The translations under genes and the position numbers were made by a program. From NCBI GenBank assembly GCA_030141605.1, contig JAQGDQ010000300.1:267388-287028 (forward strand): DNA of 19,641 bases. Reading direction: 5' to 3'. Positions 11,243 through 19,641 of this stretch are shown here, piece after piece (within the stretch, counting starts at the first letter, position 1; each line of letters begins with the position of its first letter). The notes below the pieces were generated by a model that saw only the letters and a program-made list of their open reading frames with translations, ran no database searches and had not been told where the DNA came from. Source of the DNA: Tubiluchus corallicola (lineage: Eukaryota > Animalia > Priapulida).

Positions 11243-11619
11243 CCTCATCACCATTTTGTTGCTGCTGGTGTTGTAACACGTGACTCTCTAAAGTCGACTT
11301 TGTGTTGAACCACATGCCACATCGGTCACACAAAAACGGCCCATCATCATCTTCCACCTTGACACCATTTTGTTGCTGCTGCTGTTGTAACACATGGCTC
11401 TCTAAAGCCGTCATTGTGTGGAGCAGCATGCCGCATCGGACACACAAAAACGGCCCACCATCATCGCCACCTTGAGTGGCATTTTGTTGCTGCTGCTGTT
11501 GTAACACATGGCTCTCTAAAGCCGTCATTGTGTGGAACAGCATGCCACATCGCTCACACAAAAACGGCCCAACATAAGCTTCAACAGCATCATCAACGCC
11601 ACCTTGGTTGCCACGCTGC

Positions 11620-11686
<67 letters not shown>

Positions 11687-11745
11687 GCTGTTGTTGTTGG
11701 CGTCGTCTCGTTAAATGTCTCCGTAGATCATGGTTGCCACGTTGC

Positions 11746-11779
<34 letters not shown>

Positions 11780-12089
11780 GGCGTCGTCTCGTTGGGTGTC
11801 TCCGTAGATCATGGTTGCCGTGCTGCTGTTGTTGTTGTTGTTGCTGTTGTTGTTGTTGTTGTCGTCTCGTTGGATGTCTCCGTAGTATATGAGAGCGTAG
11901 ACCGTATTGCGTCATGACCGTATGACCACACACGTGGCAAAGAAAATTTCTTTCGTGGCCATAATGGTCGATCGCAACGTGCCTCAGCATAGCTCTCATA
12001 CTACGACAGACCCGCCCGCATATATCACAGGTGGCAATGACTAATCTTCTTACTAGCACCTGGGATCTGAAGATGCGGAGTGAGTCCAT
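10548..12089 (-). CDS. C2H2-type multi-zinc-finger protein with poly-Gln and poly-Asp tracts (513 aa; 3' end probably truncated)
   Basis: Two canonical fingers (CDIC...HVAIDH, CHVC...HILRRH), three LRRH.TRR-polyQ repeats, then nine F/LxCxxCG.xF.T...LE.H units separated by QQQQQNG/DDD linkers. ATG in ACCATCATGG context with an in-frame upstream stop. Confidence 0.88.
11616..11862. repeat. (GTT/CAA)n microsatellite tracts encoding poly-Gln
   Basis: Three long TGT/TGC runs within the zinc-finger ORF. Confidence 0.95.
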
Positions 12090-12139
12090 GATGGTCGCGT
12101 GTTATAGCGGGTGTTTGTTGATCTCCTATAAGGTGTATT

Positions 12140-12331
12140 CTGTAAGAAAATAATTAACACTAATCAAATGTTATAGCATGGAATTCGCGTGTGCACGCGT
12201 TATTGCAAAAGAAGAAGAATTTCGCTTAGGCGAATTATGATGTAATTAAAGTCTATTGCTTTGTTATTGAAAAAAAGCATTAAAGTACCATTATAAACTA
12301 AAAATATGCTAAAGAATAAAAGTACACTTAC
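12140..12331 (-). other. Probable 5'-UTR intron of the zinc-finger gene
   Basis: Minus strand: GTAAGT donor at 12331-12326 and TTATTTTCTTACAG acceptor ending at 12140, 50 nt upstream of the ATG. Confidence 0.5.
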
Positions 12332-12458
12332 TGTAAATTTTGGAGCTTCCACGCTGCTGCCACAGTGGATACCAAAACACATATGGTGTTTTTCATTCGC
12401 TAAAGATCTCTTTTATTTCGAAAATAGCGAGCCAACGACCTCACACTTAAATTGTAAT

Positions 12459-12763
12459 TAGAAGGGATTTTTTCTCCCCCCAAATGCTATCACTTAATCA
12501 CGTTATTACACTCCAAATAACGTACTGTTTTTCTACAAAGAAATATATTAATGGTGATTATGTAGAAATTAAAATAAGCTTTGGTAATTGCGGTCTTAAA
12601 ATCATGCTACTAGAAGGGATTTTTTCTTCGTCAAATGCTCTCACCTAATCACGTTATTACACTCCAAATAACGTACTGTTTTTCTACAAAGAAATATATT
12701 AATGGTGATTATGTAGAAATTAAACTAAGCTTTGCTAATAGCGGCCTTAAAATCATGCCACTA
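12459..12763. repeat. 152-bp tandem duplication
   Basis: TAGAAGGGATTTTT...AATCACGTTATTACACTCCAAATAACGTACTG...CTTAAAATCATGC starting at 12459 and 12611. Confidence 0.9.
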
Positions 12764-13092
12764 TTAGGAAGCACAAATTAAAGTAAGCTTTGCTAATGTG
12801 TGCGAAAATCTACACTCTGTCAAAGTGCTAGAAAATCTCTTAATTAACATCATAATTATCGCATCATCTTGATGCAGCAACCGAAAAGTTTCCAACCACA
12901 CAAAATCCATGAAAAAAGAACCTTTAATGCGACAATGCACCTCTTCTGTGTCACTTAGCTAAGCGCGGATTAACCGCTATCAGGCGCCAACTTATTCGCG
13001 ATTTCAGAGATAAGGCTCCCCCCCCCCCAGGGTTGTAGTTCTGCATTCATATACTTCAAAGGTCTTTATGTGAGCTAGTTATATTAATATTC

Positions 13093-13534
13093 TTCGTATA
13101 TATGAAAAAAAAGCAATTGATTTTAGAGCATTGATAATTTGTATCCGAGAAAAAAAGGAGGACTTTTAATGCTTTAAAACAGGATAGAAAGATTTTAGAG
13201 CATCATTTTTCTTCGTTAATTTTAGAACATTGCTAAGAAAAGCTAGCTCCCCGTCATCGTTCTTCTTGTCTTTCAAAGACAGCATATGGAAAGAATAATT
13301 TAATATTCGCATTATTCGTATATATGAAAAAAACCAATTGATTTTAGAGCATTGATAATTCGTATCCGAGAAAAAAGGAGGACTTTTAATGCTTTAAAAC
13401 AGGATAGAAAGATTTTAGAGCATCATTTTCTTCGTTGATTTTAGAACATTGCTAAGAAAGCTAGCTCCCCGTCATCATTCTTCTTGTCTTTCAAAGACAG
13501 CATGTGGAAAGAATAATTTAATATTCGCATTATT
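13093..13534. repeat. ~222-bp tandem duplication
   Basis: TTCGTATATATGAAAAAA...GCTAGCTCCCCGTCATC...TAATATTCGCATTATT starting at 13093 and 13315; each unit has internal GATTTTAGAGCAT subrepeats. Confidence 0.9.
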
Positions 13535-15426
13535 GGAAAGCTAGTTGCTTTGCTAATTCGCTTAATGATATTGTGTGAAAGTATAATATATTTGCTCTAT
13601 TCTTCAATAATTTCTTTTTAAACAACTAATCGTATGAAGTAAGTAAACGCTTTTAGCAAATTATAATATTCGCCGTATTAATTCATATTCTTTTGACTAA
13701 TTTGTTAGCATTAGCAGTGAAGATAGACATATTATTATTAGGATATCTAAGAACCTATTGAAGATGGTTAATCTCGGATTGTGTGAAAAACATCCATTTC
13801 GGGTGATGGCTGTAAGTATTAATGTTTTGTACAATTCCCATGTGTTCTTACTAACAAGACACTTTGTCTGAAGACCCACTCAATTAATAGTCGCACTAAT
13901 AGCCGACCACCTAAATACTTTATTAGTCAGTTTAGAAAGCCTGCTGTTAAAAAAAGCTGTTTATGAAGTATTTTGAATTTTTCTGGAATCAGTGCCATGC
14001 AAGTCGAAGTCGTGTCTGACTCTGAGATGATGAGTAATTTTTTCAACAAAGGGTAGACGGTACCTGTGCTATATTGTGCTTGCTGTACATTCAAACGCGA
14101 ATTTTTAGTCTAATAGTAAAGCGCCTCAGTTTTTTTTCTCTTTGTACATCTAGACGCGCTTAAATAGCCGCGGGTGTCATGTCTCGCAAGTCAATTAAGT
14201 CCTCATTAGCTAGGTAGTCGAGTCAATTAGCGGATTAAGCAATAGACAGGTGGCCGCCTTGGCGTTTGATCAGATGAGTGCATTCGCTGTGTGAGGCATA
14301 TCAACTCCCATTCATTAGTCTTGCAAAACTAGCAATGATTCTAAAACCGATACGCAATGTTTTCTCTGTCGCAAAATGCTCTGTGACACACCTACCTTGC
14401 CAGAAAGTGGTATGCGTGACTTTGCTTTACTGGAGACCAGCGCTACAATATTGACTACTGACTGGTGCATCGTAATAAGGATCTGCCCCAGAAACCCAGA
14501 ATCGTGATTACCATGATCTGCTGGTGTTTACAATGACCACTCGTGGTCTATAGGTTTTTGTGTACAGTTCAAATAGTAGATTCAGACAGCGTGAAAGCAA
14601 TAGTATAATATAATACAATTATTTTTCATTTTTATGGATCATAATTTCCACATGAAACTCAAGTATTTATCAGCAGCGCAACAACAGTGACTTTCGAGGC
14701 AAATTGAGTGTCACACGTTACTTTCCGCAGGTGTGCGAGCTCTTCAAAGAGGAATTAACAGTGGCACACACGCAGACAGACAACTCCAAATTCAACAGTG
14801 CGAAATGATATTAAACTAATGTAAGAACTTTAGTCGCTCAGTTGCTAATGCTATCAGACAGGCAGGAAGGATTCAGAATGTCGAAAATTTAATAATAATC
14901 GTTGCATGGGGTCGCGTGGCAGCAGCTATATGCGTCGTTAGGCAACGGAGCGCATCGATGTTAAAATCGTATTGAGAATCGAGGGTTGAATTTTCGTCAC
15001 GCGATCATGTTAAGAAGTGAGACCGCCGCATGGCAAGAATGTTGTCAGTCATGGTCTGTCACTTTTACGTGAAGCGAATCACTGGTTCTCGTGGTGAGTT
15101 GGAAATTGTATAATTAAGAAAACATTCAGCACACTGTGATTATCTACTCAGCTAGGAAAAATATTTTGCTTGACATATTTAGCCATTGGTTTTGGTTTTG
15201 TTTTAACTTTTACTGCCGAGAAACGAAGGGTTTGACAATTACTTAAGAAAATCAGATTGACACATTGATATATCAAAATGTAAAGATAATTTTAACTATC
15301 ATTAGTTATTATTGTTCTGACGGGTAAAAAAAGTGGATGACGACCAAAGATCAGGCTCTGCTTTAGGTAATACCGCGTCATCATCATCATCATCGTTGGA
15401 TACAGTTGACAAAAAATAAGGAAACC

Positions 15427-15775
15427 CAGAAATTAATCATGTTCGGCGAGGTGTGAGTAGACTGTCTGTTACACGTGCTAATGGTCAGTCCGTGCTAACA
15501 ATCGTGCTCGGCGGTGTGTGCGCGTGTGAGTAGACTGTATGTTGCACGATGCGACCACATTGGATGAAGCGAAGGAGGCTTTTCGGCGACGACTCAGAAA
15601 TTAATCATGCTCGGCGATGCGTGAGTAGACTGTATGTTACACGTGGTGACGCTCGTGCTAATGGTCGGCCCGTGCTAACAATCGTGCTCGGCGGTGTGTG
15701 CGCGTGTGAGTAGACTGTATGTTGCACGATGCGACCGCATTGGATGGAGCGAAGAAGGCTTTTTCGGTGACGGCA
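15427..15775. repeat. ~170-180-bp tandem subrepeat containing four GTGAGTAGACTGT(A/C)TGTT(A/G)CACG cores
   Basis: Units start CAGAAATTAATCATG at 15427 and 15595; the same structure recurs at ~18553-18912. Confidence 0.85.
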
Positions 15776-15786
15776 TCCATCCATCT

Positions 15787-15929
15787 CAGATAAAGGTAGG
15801 ATAAAATTTTTAAAAATTGTATCGCAACTTAGACGCGCATAAAAGAACATTCTAACCCGGATGAGGGTGGGGTAAAATTTTTAAAAATTGCAAGGCAATT
15901 TAGACTCGCATAAAAGAACATCCTAACCA
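15787..15929. repeat. ~71-bp tandem subrepeat with AATTTTTAAAAATT palindrome, each unit ending AACATYCTAACC
   Basis: TAAAATTTTTAAAAATTG...TAGAC(G/T)CGCATAAAAGAACAT(T/C)CTAACC occurs twice; present in all three long copies. Confidence 0.85.
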
Positions 15930-16150
15930 TTTAACGACGACGACGAGACTGCTGCACCTGGGTAGAGAAATCTTTTAGCCCATTATCTAGCTAGCTAGGC
16001 GGCGAGGCGAGAGTCGATTACCGGATTAGCCACAATTAGGGTGGAGCAAGCAAAGTGCGCAGCGAGCGCGCGTCGAACGGACGACTGCATTTAGCGCGGA
16101 GGGGGGGGTGTTCTCGCCGGGCGCACCCCCCCCCAAAGCGTGCGGGAGTT

Positions 16151-16385
16151 CCAACCGTCACTCCTAATCCTTAAATCGAGCACTTAACTAGCGCAACAAT
16201 AGACCCACTTCACTTTTTTAGGGGGGTGATTTTTGTTCCCACCCCCGGCAGCCGAGGGGGGCGTGGCCCGTCGACCAACCGTCACTCCTAATCCTTAAAT
16301 TGGTCACTTAACTAGCACGACAATAGAGCCACTTCACTTTTTTAGGGGTGTTTCCGGATTTTCGCACTTTTTTAGGGGTGTTTTT
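16151..16385. repeat. 124-bp-period subterminal repeat with three CACTTTTTTAGGGG boxes
   Basis: CCAACCGTCACTCCTAATCCTTAAAT...CACTTAACTAGC..CAATAGA.CCACTTCACTTTTTTAGGGG at 16151 and 16275; third box at ~16365. Confidence 0.85.
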
Positions 16386-16449
16386 CCCCACCCCCCCGGG
16401 GAAATCCCCACCCCCCCCGGGAAATCGGCCAGAGGTGTAACATCTAACC

Positions 16450-17187
16450 ATGTTGCACGATGCGACCGCATTGGATGGAGCGAAGAAGGCTTTTTCGGTG
16501 ACGGCATCCATCCATCTCAGATAAAGGTAGGATAAAATTTTTAAAAATTGTATCGCAACTTAGACGCGCATAAAAGAACATTCTAACCCGGATGAGGGTG
16601 GGGTAAAATTTTTAAAAATTGCAAGGCAATTTAGACTCGCATAAAAGAACATCCTAACCATTTAACGACGACGACGAGACTGCTGCACCTGGGTAGAGAA
16701 ATCTTTTAGCCCATTATCTAGCTAGCTAGCTAGGCGGCGAGGCGAGAGTCGATTACCGGATTAGCCACAATCAATTAGGGTGGAGCAAGCAAAGTGCGTA
16801 GCGAGCACGCGTCGAACGGACGACTGCATTTAGCGCGGAGGGGGGGTGTTCTCGCCGGGCGCACCCCCCCCAAAGCGTGCGGGAGTTCCAACCGTCACTC
16901 CTAATCCTTAAATCGAGCACTTAACTAGCGCAACAATAGACCCACTTCACTTTTTTTAGGGGGTGATTTTTGTTCCCACCCCCGGCAGCCGAGGGGGGCG
17001 TGGCCCGTCGACCAACCGTCACTCCTAATCCTTAAATTGGTCACTTAACTAGCACGACAATAGAGCCACTTCACTTTTTTAGGGGTGTTTCCGGATTTTC
17101 GCACTTTTTTAGGGGTGTTTTTCCCCACCCCCCCGGGGAAATCCCCACCCCCCCCCGGGAAATCGGCCAGAGGTGTAACATCTAACC
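16450..17187. repeat. Long repeat copy 2 (738 bp, left-truncated, same right end)
   Basis: Copy of 15719-16449. It differs by extra CTAG and CAAT units, two substitutions near 16799-16807 and homopolymer lengths. Confidence 0.95.
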
Positions 17188-17188
17188 G

Positions 17189-19606
17189 CCTGTGCTATAT
17201 TGTGCTTGCTGTACATTCAAACGCGAATTTTTACTCTAACAGTAAAGCGCCTCAGTTTTTTTTCTCTTTGTACATCTAGACGCGCTTAAATAGCCGCGGG
17301 TGTCATGTCTCGCAAGTCAATTAAGTCCTCATTAGCTAGGTAGTCGAGTCAATTACCGGATTAAGCAATAGACACGTGCCCGCCTTGGCGTCTGATCAGA
17401 TGAGTGCATTCGCTGTGGGAGGCATATCAACTCCCATTCATTAGTCTTGCAAATCTAGCAATGATTCTAAAACCGATACGCAATGTTTTCTCTGTCGCAA
17501 AATGCTCAGTGACACACCTACCTTGCCAGAAAGTGGTATGCGTGACTTTGCTTTACTGGAGGCCAGCGCTACATTATTGAGCACTGTCTGGTGCATCGTA
17601 ATAAAGATCTGCCCCAGAAACCCAGAATCGTGATTACCATGATCTGTTGGTGTTTACAATGACCACTCGTGGTCTATAGGTTTTTGTGTACAGTTCAAAT
17701 AGTAGATTCAGACAGCGTGAAAGCAATAGCATAATATAATACAATTATTTTTCATTTTTATGGATCATAATTTCCACATGAAACTCAAGTATTTATCAGC
17801 AGCGCAACAACAGTGACTTTCGAGGCAAACTGAGTGTCACACGTTACTTTCCGCAGGTGTGCGAGCTCTTCAAAGAGGAATTAACAGAGGCAGACACGCA
17901 GACAGTCAACTCCAAATTCAACAGTGCGAAATGATATTAAACTAATGCAAGAACTTTACTCGCTCAGTTGCTAATGCAATCAGACAGGCGGGAAGGATTC
18001 AGAATGTCGAAAATTTAATAATAATCGTTGCATGGGGTCGCGTGGTAGCAGCTATACGCGTCGTTACGCAACGGAGCGCATCGGTGTTAAAATCGTATTG
18101 AGAATCGAGGGTTGAATTTTCGTCACGCGATCATGTTAAGAAGTGAGACCGCCGCGTGGTAAGAATGTTGTCAGACATGGTCTGTCACTTTTACGTGAAG
18201 CGAATCACTGGTTCTCGTGGTGAGTTGGAAATTGTATAATTAAGAAAACATTCAGCACGCTGTGATTATCTACTCAGCTAGGAAAAAATATTTTGCTTGA
18301 CATATTTAGCCATTGGTTTTGGTTTTGTTTTAACTTTTACTGCTGAGAAACGAAGGGTTTGACAATTACTTAAGAAAATCAGATTGGCACATTGTTATAT
18401 CAAAATGAAAAGATAATTTTAACTAACATTAGTTATTATTGTTCTGACGGATACAAAAGTGGATGACGACCAAAGATCAGGCTCTGCTTTAGGTAATACC
18501 GCGTCATCATCATCATCATCGTTGGATACAGTTGACAAAAAATAAAGAAACCCAGAAATTAATCATGTTCGGCGAGGTGTGAGTAGACTGTATGTTACAC
18601 GTGCTAACGTTCGTGCTAATGGTCAGTCCGTGCTAACAATCGTGCTCAGCGCTGTGTGCGCGCGTGAGTAGACTGTATGTTGCACGATGCGACCACATTG
18701 GATGAAACGAAGGAGGCTTTTCGGCGACGACTCAGAAATTAATCATGCTCGGCGACGCGTGAGTAGACTGTATGTTACACGCGGTAACGTTCGTGCTAAT
18801 GGTCGGCCCGTGCTAACAATCGTGCTCGGCGGTGTGTGCGCGTGTGAGTAGACTGTATGTTGCACGATGCGACCGCATTGGATGGAGCGAAGGAGGCTTT
18901 TTCGGCGACGGCATCCATCCATCCATCCATCCATCCATCTCGGATAAAGGTAGGATAAAATTTTTAAAAATTGTATTGCAACTTAGACGCGCATAAAAGA
19001 ACATTCTAACCCGGATGAGGGTGGGGTAAAATTTAAAAAAATTGCATGGCAATTTAGACTCGCATAAAAGAACATCCTAACCATTTAGCGACGACGACGA
19101 GACTGTGCACTGCTGCACGTGGCTAGAGAAATCTTTTAGCCCATTATCTAGCTAGCTAGGCGGCGAGAGTCGATTACCGGATTAGCCACAATTAGGGTGG
19201 AGCAAGCAAAGTGCGCAGCGAGCGCGTGTCGAACGGACGACTGCATTTACCGCGGAGGGGGGGTGTTCTCGCCGGGCGCACCCCCCCCCCCAAAGCGTGC
19301 GGGAGTTCCAACCGTCACTCCTAATCCTTAAATCGAGCACTTAACTAGCGCAACAATAGACCCACTTCACTTTTTTTAGGGGGGTGATTTTTGTTCCCAC
19401 CCCCGGCAGCCGAGGGGGGCGTGGCCCGTCGACCAACCGTCACTCCTAATCCTTAAATTGGTCACTTAACTAGCACGACAATAGAGCCACTTCACTTTTT
19501 TAGGGGTGTTTCCGGATTTTCGCACTTTTTTAGGGGTGTTTTTCCCCACCCCCCCGGGGAAATCCCCACCCCCCCGGGAAATCGGCCAGAGGTGTAACAT
19601 CTAACC
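17189..19606. repeat. Long repeat copy 3 (2.42 kb, same right end)
   Basis: Copy of 14063-16449 ending at the identical CATCTAACC, followed by unrelated sequence 19607-19641. Confidence 0.95.
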
Positions 19607-19641
19607 TACTTGTTTCCATTACCGCCTGACTTGCCCACGCG

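Larger units (their letters stand above)
1..16449. mobile_element. Putative endogenous pPolB-encoding DNA virus-like element (right part; left boundary outside the window)
   Basis: pPolB pseudogene, internal cross-copies linking the polymerase region to the middle and to the terminal repeat, and a sharply defined repeated right end. The extent is inferred; no integrase, capsid, matching left TIR or TSD is visible. Confidence 0.45.
14063..16449. repeat. Long repeat copy 1 (putative element terminal region, 2.39 kb)
   Basis: Colinear with 17189-19606 from CCTGTGCTATATTGTGCTTG to GGTGTAACATCTAACC, with scattered substitutions and small indels. Confidence 0.95.

Noticed and set aside
10385-11917. 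Plus-strand ORFs with poly-Val, poly-Leu, poly-Cys and poly-His runs
   Set aside because: Antisense or shifted readings of the trinucleotide-rich zinc-finger gene.
16390-16449. Helitron 3' end (hairpin + CTRR)
   Set aside because: CTAA is followed by a shared CC rather than a target T, there is no clear single subterminal hairpin at the expected spacing, and no Rep/helicase is present in the window.
15605-19052. Short ORFs within the long repeats (15605-15850, 16308-16511, 17085-17279, 18743-19052)
   Set aside because: They have no recognisable domains, their frames differ between copies, and some span repeat junctions.
14063-19606. LTR pair or Penelope pseudo-LTR with hammerhead ribozyme
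   Set aside because: There are no TG...CA ends, PBS or internal gag/pol, and I found no convincing CTGANGA...GAAA hammerhead core by eye. A covariance-model search would be needed to exclude it fully.
16450-19606. Assembly artefact explaining the tandem copies
   Set aside because: The copies differ by non-homopolymer substitutions and small indels; read confirmation is still advisable.
19621-19628. ACCGCCTG shared between the right flank and the 17185-17192 junction as a TSD
   Set aside because: Only 8 bp, offset 14 nt from the repeat end and overlapping repeat sequence; may be chance.

Overview
Eukaryotic (probably invertebrate animal) AT-rich DNA that looks like the right-hand part of a decaying endogenous DNA-virus-like element of the Polinton/Maverick/adintovirus type. 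It has four parts. (1) A frameshifted protein-primed family-B DNA polymerase (pPolB) gene (~439/1131-4874, +). Its palm motif A region is replaced by a ~486-bp composite insert copied from two other parts of the locus. (2) An AT-rich middle with many short duplications, a probable degraded LRR gene and a small spliced minus-strand gene carrying a pre-miRNA-sized hairpin. (3) A 513-aa poly-Q/poly-D C2H2-type zinc-finger gene (10548-12089, -), most of whose fingers lack the last His. (4) A GC/CpG-rich structured terminal region present as three head-to-tail copies that all end at the same base (...GGTGTAACATCTAACC at 16449, 17187, 19606), the second and third copies starting at different points. 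No integrase, capsid, packaging ATPase or protease gene was recognised in the window, so the element class is inferred from the polymerase alone. All alignments were done by eye.
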